Shown here: piece after piece, positions 30,346 through 39,933 of the stretch
How positions within the stretch are numbered: position 1 is the first letter of the stretch
Layout of the letters: each line of letters begins with the position of its first letter
Source: an uncultured Gammaproteobacteria bacterium
GTDB taxonomy: Bacteria > Patescibacteriota > Microgenomatia > Levybacterales > UBA12049
Assembly (NCBI GenBank): GCA_964628435.1
Contig: CAZVON010000004.1
Location: forward strand, 1 to 62,402
DNA: 62,402 nucleotides
Direction of reading: 5' to 3'
The notes under the pieces: generated by a model
Databases searched by the model: none
Seen by the model: only the letters and a program-made list of their open reading frames with translations
What the model was told of the DNA's origin: nothing
Program-made: the position numbers and the translations under genes

Positions 30346-32810
30346 ACTCTGCGTACCATAAATTCCCCTTTTATAATTTTTCCTGTCAACGCGTGTTTTT
30401 TAATAAATTCTTCATGTTCTTCGGGCCAGCTTTCCAACTGTACATGTACATGCTCATCAAGTTTTGTGCCAAGTTTTTTCCGCTCCTGCTGAATTTTACG
30501 CACAACTTCTCGGGCCTGCCCCATAGAAAGATCTTGATTTACCTGCCCTGTTTCACCAGAAATAGCATAATGATCATCTTCCCCTCCATATTCTAATTTG
30601 TATACGTTCACCTCGTCTTGCACGATGCTAATTATATCTTTTGAAAGTTGATGTGGTCCTTTATAAAACAATTTTTTAAGCGGGATACGCACTTTAATAT
30701 TTGCATCTTTTCGAAATGCGTGAATTTTTGAGGATAAAGTAATAGCGTGATTCATATCTTCCTCTAACTCTTCGTCAATGTAACCCAAAAAAGCTTTTGG
30801 CCAAGACTCAAGATGTACGGATTCTGAACCTGAAACAAGGTTTCTATATACTTCATCCGCTAAAAACGGGGAAAAGGGAGCAAGAAGCTTCGCATATTCA
30901 AAAAGTACTATCCAAAGTGTTTGGTATGCATAGTCTTTATCTCTTCCAACATCTGCACTGGGTCCTACACTATCTCTGATTCTTCGGACATACCATCTTG
31001 ATAATTCTTCAATAAACTTATGTAAATGCCCTATCCCCGAAACCGTGTCGTACCTCTCAAGATCTTCAGTAATCTGCTGAATAAGTTTTGTTAAACGTGA
31101 AAGAATGAATCTGTCTAGAACACCTATTGGTTTAAATTCGGTATTTTTTATTGGTTTCCACTTATCGGTATTGGCGTACGATACAAAAAAGTTATACACA
31201 TTCCATAGTAAAAGCATCAAACCTTTCACCTGGTTTCTATATTGATCTTTCGATATTAAAATATCCTCACCATGCATGACAGGGCTTCCCATTAAATAAA
31301 GCCTAAGGGCATCACCTCCGTATTCTCGCAGCATCTCCTTAGGATCCGGATAATTCCCAAAATTTTTACTCATTTTTCTTCCATCTGCTCCTAAAATTAC
31401 TCCAGTAACTACTACATTTTTAAATGCGTTGGAATCATATAAAGCAGTTGCAATAACATGCAGGACATAAAACCACGCTCTAATTTGACCAGTATATTCA
31501 ACAATAAAATCAGGCGGGAAAAACTCTTCTAATGTGAGATTCTTTTCGAAGGGGAAATGTCGCTCTGCAAACGAAGCAGAACCAGCTTCAATCCAGCTAT
31601 CTAATACTTCTTGCACTCTTTTTGCCTTCCTACAACACTTGATACATTGCACAGTAATTTCATCTATTTGTGGCTTGTGTAAGTCTGTAATTTTCGCACC
31701 GGATCGTTCTTCAAGCTCTTTGATTGAACCTGGAACAAACCGTTGCCCGCACTCGCATTCCCATACAGGAACCGGCGAACCAAAGTACCTGCTTCTTGAT
31801 ATACACCAATCAGGAGCAGCTTCCACGCTTTTGAGAAATCGGCCATATTTAAAATGTTTTGGAAACCAGTTAACTATTTCGTTGTTCTTCTTAAGTTTTG
31901 GCTTGAGTCTTTGCACATCCACATACCACGCATCCTGAGGCGTGTAATACAACCTAGTGTGACATCGCCAACATAATGGTACTTTGTGCGCATAGCCGTT
32001 GTCTTGATAGATCAGTCCTCTCTTATGCAAATCCTCATTGACGAGTTTATTTGCTTTGAGGTAATACATGCCGCCAAACAATGGAACGTCTGGCTTTATA
32101 GTCCCTTCTTCGTCTAAATGAATTTCAATGTGCACCTTATGCTGTTGCATCGCCTTTAAATCATCTTCTCCATATGCCGCGATGGTTACAACGCCTGTTC
32201 CTTCTTCTGCGGTCACAAAATCACCTGGAATAATTTCGAATGCTTTTTCGCCCGGCTCAATTGGATAGTAATTGTAATGCGGCTCAAAAAGTTTCCCCAC
32301 AAGCTTATCTCCTAAAAATGTTTCATCCACTGTGTACGACTCTTTTTTGAGAATTTCTTTGGTAGAAGACGCAAGGATGTAATACTCATTTCCCTGTTTG
32401 ACTTTTATATACTCAAGTTCTGGATTAACTGCCAACGCTGGAGTAACAATTTTATTCCAAGGAGTAGTCGACCATGCCAAAATATACGTATTTTCCTCAC
32501 CTCTTATTTTATATTTATAAACAGTGCCTGGATCTACCACCTCTTTATAATTGTCTGCGTCCATCGCAACTTCAAAGTTTGAAATTGGCGTTGCGCAGTG
32601 AGGACAATACAACGACACCCGCAATCCCTTGTATATATATCCTTTTTCGTACATCTTTTTAAAAACCCACATCACTGACTCCATATAGGAAAGATCCATG
32701 GTTTTATATGCATTTTTAAAATCTACCCAACGGCTAATATGGTCTACATACCACTCCCATTCAGAGGAAACCAACATAGGCTTTGCATTCATCAATAAAT
32801 TTTTTAACAC
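30342..32810 (-). CDS. ileS: Isoleucyl-tRNA synthetase, body (residues after the frame break). The true reading continues from the upstream fragment, not from M at 32810.
   Basis: SSEWEWYVDHISRWVDFKNAYKTMD, a CP1 editing region, KMSKS-type GRKMSKNFGNYP, and an anticodon-binding tail. Confidence 0.88.
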   Translation of the reverse strand: MLKNLLMNAKPMLVSSEWEWYVDHISRWVDFKNAYKTMDLSYMESVMWVFKKMYEKGYIYKGLRVSLYCPHCATPISNFEVAMDADNYKEVVDPGTVYKYKIRGEENTYILAWSTTPWNKIVTPALAVNPELEYIKVKQGNEYYILASSTKEILKKESYTVDETFLGDKLVGKLFEPHYNYYPIEPGEKAFEIIPGDFVTAEEGTGVVTIAAYGEDDLKAMQQHKVHIEIHLDEEGTIKPDVPLFGGMYYLKANKLVNEDLHKRGLIYQDNGYAHKVPLCWRCHTRLYYTPQDAWYVDVQRLKPKLKKNNEIVNWFPKHFKYGRFLKSVEAAPDWCISRSRYFGSPVPVWECECGQRFVPGSIKELEERSGAKITDLHKPQIDEITVQCIKCCRKAKRVQEVLDSWIEAGSASFAERHFPFEKNLTLEEFFPPDFIVEYTGQIRAWFYVLHVIATALYDSNAFKNVVVTGVILGADGRKMSKNFGNYPDPKEMLREYGGDALRLYLMGSPVMHGEDILISKDQYRNQVKGLMLLLWNVYNFFVSYANTDKWKPIKNTEFKPIGVLDRFILSRLTKLIQQITEDLERYDTVSGIGHLHKFIEELSRWYVRRIRDSVGPSADVGRDKDYAYQTLWIVLFEYAKLLAPFSPFLADEVYRNLVSGSESVHLESWPKAFLGYIDEELEEDMNHAITLSSKIHAFRKDANIKVRIPLKKLFYKGPHQLSKDIISIVQDEVNVYKLEYGGEDDHYAISGETGQVNQDLSMGQAREVVRKIQQERKKLGTKLDEHVHVQLESWPEEHEEFIKKHALTGKIIKGEFMVRRV

Positions 32811-33147
32811 CGACTACTTCTTCGATGTCTTTTTTTCTTTTGATGCCAAGTTTTTCTTCGACTTTATTTTCTGCGGGAAGTCCATGACAATCCCATCCCC
32901 ATACCCTTTCAACACGATACCCCTGCATTGTTTTAAACCGTGGGAATAAATCTTTGGGAATACTCGACAGTAAACTCCCGTAATGTGGAAGACCAGTAAT
33001 AAACGGCGGGCCGTCAAGAAATGTCCACGTGCCCTTTGGCGCTTCTTTTGCTACTGATTTTTCAAAAATGTTGTTTTCTTTCCAGTACTTAAGTATTTTT
33101 TCTTCAAGCTCAGGAAACTTGACATTTGGATCAACAGGCTGAAACAT
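32761..33147 (-). CDS. ileS: Isoleucyl-tRNA synthetase, N-terminal 128-aa fragment (HIGH region), in a different frame from the body
   Basis: FLDGPPFITGLPHYGS, WGWDCHGLPAENKVE and GVKKFIDECKAYV, followed by 3 out-of-frame codons and TGA. The continuation SSEWEW... lies one nucleotide out of frame. Confidence 0.85.
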   Translation of the reverse strand: MFQPVDPNVKFPELEEKILKYWKENNIFEKSVAKEAPKGTWTFLDGPPFITGLPHYGSLLSSIPKDLFPRFKTMQGYRVERVWGWDCHGLPAENKVEEKLGIKRKKDIEEVVGVKKFIDECKAYVGFL

Positions 33148-33154
33148 ACCCTAT

Positions 33155-33183
33155 ATTGTAGTCAAAATAACAAAATGATTCAA
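33155..33183 (-). promoter_or_regulatory. Putative promoter of ileS (TTGAAT-17 nt-TACAAT), 7 nt before the ATG
   Basis: On the minus strand: -35 ttgaat (33183-33178), a 17-nt spacer, -10 tacaat (33160-33155), and the ATG at 33147. Confidence 0.45.
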
Positions 33184-33202
33184 GAGAAGATATATAACGA
33201 GG

Positions 33203-33451
33203 TTATCTTGGCGTTCGTCCGGTAAAAATTGTCTGTTGCGCAAACCGAATACCATCTCTTAGTCGCATGGCTACAGTCCATGTCTCTGGAGCATCTATAA
33301 CTATATGACGGTCCGCGCGCACAGAAACATCTGGAACGTTTACTTCAACAATTGTTCTACCGACTATACCCCCTGTTATAGGATCTGTAATCCTTTGACG
33401 AATGAGTGTATATCTTTTTCCGGATCTCTCAAACAATGATGGAGCTGCCAT
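33203..33451 (-). CDS. Hypothetical 82-aa soluble protein
   Basis: Open frame between yggT and ileS, same strand. I hand-counted about 44% G+C, higher than the surrounding intergenic DNA. No motif recognised. Confidence 0.45.
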   Translation of the reverse strand: MAAPSLFERSGKRYTLIRQRITDPITGGIVGRTIVEVNVPDVSVRADRHIVIDAPETWTVAMRLRDGIRFAQQTIFTGRTPR

Positions 33452-33525
33452 TACTTTTATTGTAAAACAAGAGCTACAAAATTACAATATATCTTTATAT
33501 ATTAACTCCTCGAAGTGCTTACTCA

Positions 33526-33822
33526 TTAATTCTTCTGCCTCAAAAATGCAACGATTTCACCAATAAGATATCCCACAATCGCGTAGAATAGAAGTGCTAC
33601 CAAGGTATTGATTTCGATAACATATCCACCATCAAGCACTGGGTTTGGAAACATGCCTCGAAATGGATTGATAAGGCTATCGCTTGTTTGATACACCCAC
33701 CGAACAAATGTTGAACCAGTGCTCGCATTTAAAAATCTCAGCAGAATTCGAAGTGCTAAAATGAGCTCTATAAATCCAAAAACAATGATTGCAAGATACA
33801 AGAGTATCGATGAGGTAAACAT
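33526..33822 (-). CDS. yggT: YggT/YlmG-family small membrane protein
   Basis: 98 aa and 2-3 TM segments. ILALRILLRFL...SLINPFRGMFP...IEINTLVALLFY matches the YggT repeat pattern. Confidence 0.75.
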   Translation of the reverse strand: MFTSSILLYLAIIVFGFIELILALRILLRFLNASTGSTFVRWVYQTSDSLINPFRGMFPNPVLDGGYVIEINTLVALLFYAIVGYLIGEIVAFLRQKN

Positions 33823-33889
33823 ATGTATGGTACTGTTTATGGATAAATTATTCTTGAGATTTCAGTAAGAAAACAGTGTGAAATAAGAT

Positions 33890-36073
33890 TCATTGTGATT
33901 GACTCGTTAACTTTATTCCTTGATTATTCTCTTCAATAACAAAGAGAAGCTTTTGCTTTTGTTTCGATGGACCATGACCTACCCACCATGCAAGATATTC
34001 ATAATTCATAGTAAAACTTTCAAATTGACTCCCAGGCCCAGCTCCTTTAAGGTTATACTCTTTTCCTTTTGCCTGTTTCACAATTTCTTTCACAATGGAC
34101 AATCTTTTCGCAAAATTACCTACACTTTTATGCTCAGAATCAATATGTACAATAAGAAAAAAACAATTTAGAGAAATGAAAAAAATAAGTATTAGTAATT
34201 TTAGAAACTTAAACTGCATTAACTGTTCGAAAAAAACTGCAGTCATTATGACTAATCCTGGAAAGAGCATGGGAAGGTAGGCATTGGATGGGGTTCTTGA
34301 TGCAAAAAATCCTCCAAGAAGCATTACATTTATTATACTAAGCAAAACGATATTTTTTTTAGGTTTTTTTCGCACTAAATGTATTAAAAAATATATACTT
34401 CCTAAAAAAATAACTATTGCTATAAATCCGCTTTGTGGAAAAGTAAGCATTGTATATTGTTGCAGAAAAAAAGAAATCATACTCGCAAATGATTCGTGCG
34501 TTTCTGGATGTATAGGCTGGAAACCAAAGAGTGTCATCAACTTGTACCCAATCCATATTACAAATTGTACTGTCTGAGGAAATCCATGAAACATATCATA
34601 TATAAATATAGGTATCATTGGAGTAAGAAATGCAAATAAAGAAAGAAAAATTATTTTTCTTTGAAAAATATCTGTAACCCAATTTTCTCTTTTTACAAAA
34701 CCATATGCGATTAAAAACGCCACAAGAAACCACAACACAATAGTAGCTAGTTCAAAATTGTACAAAATACTCAAAGTCATAAGCACAAGAGGGAAAAAAT
34801 ACCTATTTCCTCGTATCCATTTATAAAGAAAATATATAAAAAGAATTGTAAACAGCGGTATTGGACTTGTGTGATATGGCATACGAGCGCTTAAAACAAC
34901 GAGTGGAGAAAACGCATAGAGCAAGACTACAATAATCCCAAGTTTTTTTGAAAATATTTCTGCTCCAACTTTATACACAAAAAGCATTGCAAACATATCA
35001 ATGATTGCAGAAAGATATGCACCACTTATGGGATGAAAGTTATATAATGGCAACCATGTTGCCAAAAGATATATCCATAATGGGCCTTGATGAAGCCATG
35101 GATGGCTTGATGGTATTCCAACTAAAGGAATCTGCCCTAACAACGCCATATCCCGCGCCGATAAATAGAACCATCCTTGATCACCGATAAATGGCATCGT
35201 TTCTTCTAGTCTATAAACTCTTAAAAAAAGACCACTTACTAAAATAGCTATTAATAAAAAGGTATTCTTATTTATTCTCAAAAAAGATTCTGTAATAAGA
35301 GCGGAAAGAAATCCGAAATGTTTTTTAAAATAATAAAATCGGCTCTGTAAAAATTTCTTCTCCGAAAACTCCTTTCTTTTTTTCGTACTACCACCTAATG
35401 CATGAAAGACAATCACATCAGGCAGCATAACAATTTTTTTACCAAGCTCCAACACTCGCTTACATATGTCTATATCTTCAAAAAAAAGAAAAAAATTCTC
35501 ATCAAATCCACCTATTTTTTCAAATATCTCCCTTCTTATCATGAATGCTGCGCCGGGTACTGATTCAACTTCACGTTGTGTTTTTTTATCCCAAATATTG
35601 CTCATCCAGTATCTCCTAGAGATGAAGTTATTAGGAAACAATTTCTGAATAAAAGAGAAAGAAAAGATTGCATTCAATGGCGTAAGAACCCTTGTTCCTT
35701 GGCGATAGGGCTTGCTACTTGCATCATAAAGAAATGGAGCAACAATTCCAACTCTTGAATGTTGATCCAAATAATTCTTTAATTCATTAATAGAACTCTT
35801 CGTAACTTTTGTATCTGGATTGAGAAAAAGAAAATGGCTTCCTTTTGCATAAGCTGCTCCAATATTATTTCCTTGACCAAATCCTTTATTTTCGTTTGGT
35901 ACGTATATAACGTGTGGAAATCGTTTCTTCAATCTTTTTTCAATATTCTTTTCTTCATTGTTATCAACAACTATTATTTCAAAAGAGTTTTTTGGTTTAC
36001 TATATATTATTGACTCTATACACGCAAAAAGGGATGCTTCCGCATAGTAATGAACAATAATAATAGAAATCAT
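33890..36073 (-). CDS. Fusion protein: N-terminal GT2 domain plus C-terminal GT-C-like (ArnT/PMT_2-type) polytopic domain (start taken at M27)
   Basis: GT2 part: ISIIIVHYYAE, IIVVDNN, GFGQGNNIG, FLFFEDIDIC. Then more than 10 TM segments with the loop motif IGDQGWFYLSARDMA, and a short soluble tail. Confidence 0.75.
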   Translation of the reverse strand: MISIIIVHYYAEASLFACIESIIYSKPKNSFEIIVVDNNEEKNIEKRLKKRFPHVIYVPNENKGFGQGNNIGAAYAKGSHFLFLNPDTKVTKSSINELKNYLDQHSRVGIVAPFLYDASSKPYRQGTRVLTPLNAIFSFSFIQKLFPNNFISRRYWMSNIWDKKTQREVESVPGAAFMIRREIFEKIGGFDENFFLFFEDIDICKRVLELGKKIVMLPDVIVFHALGGSTKKRKEFSEKKFLQSRFYYFKKHFGFLSALITESFLRINKNTFLLIAILVSGLFLRVYRLEETMPFIGDQGWFYLSARDMALLGQIPLVGIPSSHPWLHQGPLWIYLLATWLPLYNFHPISGAYLSAIIDMFAMLFVYKVGAEIFSKKLGIIVVLLYAFSPLVVLSARMPYHTSPIPLFTILFIYFLYKWIRGNRYFFPLVLMTLSILYNFELATIVLWFLVAFLIAYGFVKRENWVTDIFQRKIIFLSLFAFLTPMIPIFIYDMFHGFPQTVQFVIWIGYKLMTLFGFQPIHPETHESFASMISFFLQQYTMLTFPQSGFIAIVIFLGSIYFLIHLVRKKPKKNIVLLSIINVMLLGGFFASRTPSNAYLPMLFPGLVIMTAVFFEQLMQFKFLKLLILIFFISLNCFFLIVHIDSEHKSVGNFAKRLSIVKEIVKQAKGKEYNLKGAGPGSQFESFTMNYEYLAWWVGHGPSKQKQKLLFVIEENNQGIKLTSQSQ

Positions 36074-36158
36074 GTGTAGATTATACTTACAATACTTCTG
36101 CCAAGCAAGAAATATGGTACTATAAAATTCGCTTTTGTTATAATAAAGCAAAAATTAC

Positions 36159-37577
36159 ATGGCAGCTATATACAATAAAATTGAGAAATTTTATGATGAG
36201 ATTGCTGATCAACGAGATTCTTGGAAAAAAAAGAACTATTATTACCACGGACAAATTGCTCGTTTATACAATTTTCTAATTCCATCTAATCAAAAAATCC
36301 TCGACATTGGCTGTGGAACAGGGGATTTATTAGCAGCTCTCAATCCCGTACGAGGAGTAGGAATTGATATCTCCCAAAGAATGATTGGGCTTGCGAGAAA
36401 AAAACATCCTCAATTTACATTTAAAAAAATCCACGCAGAAGATTTACAGATAGCGGAAAAGTTTGATTATATTATTTTATCTGATGTCATAGGAGACCTA
36501 GTCGATGTTCAGAAGGTATTTCAAAATCTCCATACTATCTCAAATGAGAATACACGAATAATTATTAATTATTACAATAATTTTTTATGGGAACCGATTT
36601 TACTATTTGGTGAGAAATGTGGTTTGAAAATGCCAGTCCCAACACAAAATTGGCTATCGCAACAAGACGTAAAAAATCTATTTGAGTTGTCAAATTTAGA
36701 AGTAGTAAAAGATAGTGAATTTTTATTGTTACCAATAAATATTTTTTTTATTTCTGCTTTCTTAAACAAATATATTGCACGATTGCCATTTATACGAAAA
36801 TTATGTCTTATAAGATATTTTATTGTTAGAAAAAAACCATCTTTTGTCTCCAAAGAATATTCAGTATCGGTTATCATTCCTGCACGAAATGAGGAAAAAA
36901 ATATTGAAAAAGTAATTCGGGAAATACCAAAACTAGGAAAAAAAACAGAACTCATTTTTATTGAGGGGCATTCAAAAGACAATACAAAAAACGAAATTAA
37001 AAGACTTATTAAAAAAAATAATCGTAAAAATATTATTTTAGTTAATCAAGGAAATGGTATTGGAAAGGCAGATGCGGTACGCAAAGGCATCAAAAAAGCG
37101 ACGGGAGAAATTATTATTATATTTGATGCTGATCTAACTGTAGACCCAGTGGAGCTTTTTAAGTTTTACGATGTATTAAAAAGACGGAAAGCAGAATTCG
37201 TTCAAGGAAGTAGGTTGGTATATCCAATGGAAAAACAAGCTATGAGGATGTTAAATATTTTTGGAAATAAATTCTTTAGCGTCTTATTTAGTTTTCTTCT
37301 TGATCAACAGATAAAAGATACCTTATGTGGGACAAAAGGATTGTTTAGAAGTAACTACATACAAATTGAGAAAAACCGTTCTTTTTTTGGAGATTTTGAT
37401 CCTTTTGGAGATTTTGATCTAATCTTTGGAGTCTCCAAATTAAATCTTAAAATTATTGAAATACCTATTCGTTATAAAGCTCGTCGATACGGAGAAACAA
37501 ATATACAGAGATTTCGGAATGGATTAACACTGCTTCGTATGACAATCCTTGCAGCAGTAAAATTAAAATTCTTTTAA
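36159..37577 (+). CDS. Fusion protein: class I SAM methyltransferase (N) plus GT2 polyprenyl-phosphate-type glycosyltransferase (C)
   Basis: Methyltransferase motif I ILDIGCGTGDLL. GT2 part: VSVIIPARNEEKNIEKV, IIIFDADLTV, and a C-terminal amphipathic/TM tail. Confidence 0.75.
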   Translation: MAAIYNKIEKFYDEIADQRDSWKKKNYYYHGQIARLYNFLIPSNQKILDIGCGTGDLLAALNPVRGVGIDISQRMIGLARKKHPQFTFKKIHAEDLQIAEKFDYIILSDVIGDLVDVQKVFQNLHTISNENTRIIINYYNNFLWEPILLFGEKCGLKMPVPTQNWLSQQDVKNLFELSNLEVVKDSEFLLLPINIFFISAFLNKYIARLPFIRKLCLIRYFIVRKKPSFVSKEYSVSVIIPARNEEKNIEKVIREIPKLGKKTELIFIEGHSKDNTKNEIKRLIKKNNRKNIILVNQGNGIGKADAVRKGIKKATGEIIIIFDADLTVDPVELFKFYDVLKRRKAEFVQGSRLVYPMEKQAMRMLNIFGNKFFSVLFSFLLDQQIKDTLCGTKGLFRSNYIQIEKNRSFFGDFDPFGDFDLIFGVSKLNLKIIEIPIRYKARRYGETNIQRFRNGLTLLRMTILAAVKLKFF

Positions 37578-38317
37578 TGAAATATAAAAAAATCGACGCT
37601 GTCGGTACTACTCTTGCTCGAAAGAAAATAATAAAACAAAAACTTTTTCTTAAAAATCTCTATGAAGATTTTTATAGAAAGATTTATTCTGAGCTGTCAT
37701 ATAACAACAGAAGAGAAACAATTGTTGAACTCGGCAGCGGAGCAGGATTTATAAAAAAGATTATACCAACTGCGGTAACATCTGATATTCTAAAGCTTCC
37801 TAGTATCGACATGCAATTTTCAGCACTTGATATGCCTTTTAAAAATCGTAGTGTCAACGCATTTGTTATGGTTGATGTCTTTCATCATATCAAAGATGTT
37901 GAGAAGTTTTTAACTGAGGCTAACAGATGCCTAAAAAAGAATGGACAAATAGTAATGATTGAACCCTCAAGCACTTTATTTGGAAAACTTATTTACACAT
38001 ATTTCCACCATGAACCATATAATGCCAGATCTAGTTGGTTTTTTGAGAGCTCTGGCCCTTTAAGCGGAGCAAACTCAGCACTTCCTTGGATTGTTTTCGT
38101 ACGAGATAGAAAAAAATTTGAGAGAAAGTATCCGCATTTACAGATCACAAAACTAGAAACACACACGCCAACAAGATATTTACTGAGTGGTGGGTTTACG
38201 CTTCCTCAGCTTCTCCCTAATTTCATGCATCTTTTTATTACATTTTTAGAATCGCTTCTTCATCCTCTCAACTCAGCGTTTGGGATGTTCTATACTATAG
38301 TCATTGTTAAGAAATAA
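37577..38317 (+). CDS. Class I SAM-dependent methyltransferase
   Basis: Motif I IVELGSGAGFI and post-I region VNAFVMVDVFHHI. ATGA-type overlap with the upstream gene. Confidence 0.7.
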   Translation: MKYKKIDAVGTTLARKKIIKQKLFLKNLYEDFYRKIYSELSYNNRRETIVELGSGAGFIKKIIPTAVTSDILKLPSIDMQFSALDMPFKNRSVNAFVMVDVFHHIKDVEKFLTEANRCLKKNGQIVMIEPSSTLFGKLIYTYFHHEPYNARSSWFFESSGPLSGANSALPWIVFVRDRKKFERKYPHLQITKLETHTPTRYLLSGGFTLPQLLPNFMHLFITFLESLLHPLNSAFGMFYTIVIVKK

Positions 38318-38321
38318 CATG

Positions 38322-39881
38322 TCATTTATGCTTATATACATGAACAAGATCTGCGCCATCTGCTTTTTCTGTATATACCAGGTTATAATCCTTCTTTAAA
38401 AGAGTCTCATCAAATCTCATCCGAGCAACTTCATAATAGTTTACTACAACATATTCATATTTTTTGCTTGGATTAAAAATTTCATATTGAAGATCTTTTG
38501 ACCTATAAATGGACGTTGAGTGAGGATCTAGTGCGAGACCAATCTTTGAATTTTTTTGGGCATTTTCAACAATATACTCTCCAGGACGCTTGAGTCCCTC
38601 TCCAAACCAACCAATATAAAAAAGTTTTTTGTCATAAACGTTTTTTGTCCCGCCTACCAATTCATTATAGTATTCCAGATAGTAGGGTGCTACCTGAAAT
38701 AACGAATAAAATAAATAGATACAAAAAATTATAACCAAACTATATTTAACTATTTTTTCTTTTACAAATCTATTCATGCAGTAATCAAAACCAATTGCAG
38801 AAAGAAGCGCTAATGGTGCATAAAATTGAACAATGTAACGTATCATATGTTGTCTATGGTGAAAAAAAGTCATCAGAAATGGTGTTGCAAACCAAATAAG
38901 TAATGCAAAGAAAATCCAGTTATTTCTTTTTATTGTGGCGTTATAAATTCCAAACGCTGTCAATAGTAGAAGAAGTGCTGGTGTGGTGATTAAAACAGCA
39001 AGAAAATAATAAAAGGAGTGAGCGCCCATCTCTTCTCCAAAGATAAGTGCTGGTACAAGTCCACCGTTTTTGAACCAAAGATTGTATACCGAATTAATAT
39101 AGCTTGAGAAATGAAGGAAGGGCATTGGCCATATCACGACACAAGTTATAAAAGCGATTATAAAAATTTTGAGAAGATGAAAAAATGAGATAGTTTTTTC
39201 TTTTGTCATTTTTTTCCATACACAAAAAGTCGCTAGGTAAAACGGGAAAATTAATATATTTGACTCTTTTATTTCTAAATTCATCCCGGTCAAAATGCCA
39301 GTCGAAATAAGAAAAAACACACTTTTTTTCTCGAGGTAAAGAAGATAAGAAAAAACACACAAAGTAAAAAATAACACAATCCATGTCTCTAAAACTATAA
39401 ATTGTGAGAAACCAAGGAAATGAGGAACAACCGCAAGAATAAACGCAGCGAGTGCTCCAACAAAAACAGAAAAGTACTTTACTCCAATAAAAAAAACTAC
39501 AACTGCGGAAAGTGATCCTATAAGCATGGAAAGAAAGCGAGAGTATGGAAAGTCATAATGAAAAACAGGAGCTCCTTGAGCCTTCAGATTATAAGAAGGC
39601 ATCTCATTAATATCGTAATGCAAAAAATCTTTATGTGAAACTATTCCATAAAAATAAAAAGCAAAGGGAGGATGATCAATAGCAGTCTCATACCAAAATG
39701 GATGAGAGAACTCTCCTTTTTTAATGAGTTCTATAAGGCCATATCCATGCTCCATCAACGCTTGTTCATCCGACCATCTTCCTATTTTATCGAAATTCCA
39801 TACCCGCAAACCCAAAGCAAAAATAAAAATTAAAAAAGCCAAAGCGATAGTAGATATCCTCATTTCATCAAATCTCATCAA
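38322..39881 (-). CDS. GT-C-fold glycosyltransferase (GT39/GT83, ArnT/PMT-like)
   Basis: First-loop acidic motif GRWSDEQALMEHGY, about 11 TM segments, and a soluble C-terminal module ending DLVHVYKHK. Confidence 0.65.
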   Translation of the reverse strand: MMRFDEMRISTIALAFLIFIFALGLRVWNFDKIGRWSDEQALMEHGYGLIELIKKGEFSHPFWYETAIDHPPFAFYFYGIVSHKDFLHYDINEMPSYNLKAQGAPVFHYDFPYSRFLSMLIGSLSAVVVFFIGVKYFSVFVGALAAFILAVVPHFLGFSQFIVLETWIVLFFTLCVFSYLLYLEKKSVFFLISTGILTGMNLEIKESNILIFPFYLATFCVWKKMTKEKTISFFHLLKIFIIAFITCVVIWPMPFLHFSSYINSVYNLWFKNGGLVPALIFGEEMGAHSFYYFLAVLITTPALLLLLTAFGIYNATIKRNNWIFFALLIWFATPFLMTFFHHRQHMIRYIVQFYAPLALLSAIGFDYCMNRFVKEKIVKYSLVIIFCIYLFYSLFQVAPYYLEYYNELVGGTKNVYDKKLFYIGWFGEGLKRPGEYIVENAQKNSKIGLALDPHSTSIYRSKDLQYEIFNPSKKYEYVVVNYYEVARMRFDETLLKKDYNLVYTEKADGADLVHVYKHK

Positions 39882-39933
39882 TTTTAAGATTTTTATTTTT
39901 ACAAATCCTGCATTTTTTTAATTTCATTTTTTC

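Noticed and set aside
32757-32775. prfB-style programmed +1 frameshift at CTC-TGA in ileS
   Set aside because: The zero-frame stop directly after the slip region is reminiscent of prfB. However, there is no slippery CUU-U type codon and no Shine-Dalgarno-like stimulator upstream, and no such recoding is known to me for ileS. A sequencing error or mutation is more likely.
33203-33451. A structured RNA gene (RNase P, SRP, tmRNA or 6S) hidden in the relatively GC-rich stretch between yggT and ileS
   Set aside because: None of the signature elements I know are present: no GAGGAAAGTCC for RNase P, no SRP domain IV GGAA/AGCA loops, and no tmRNA tag frame or tRNA-like end. An uninterrupted 82-codon ORF with plausible composition fits better.
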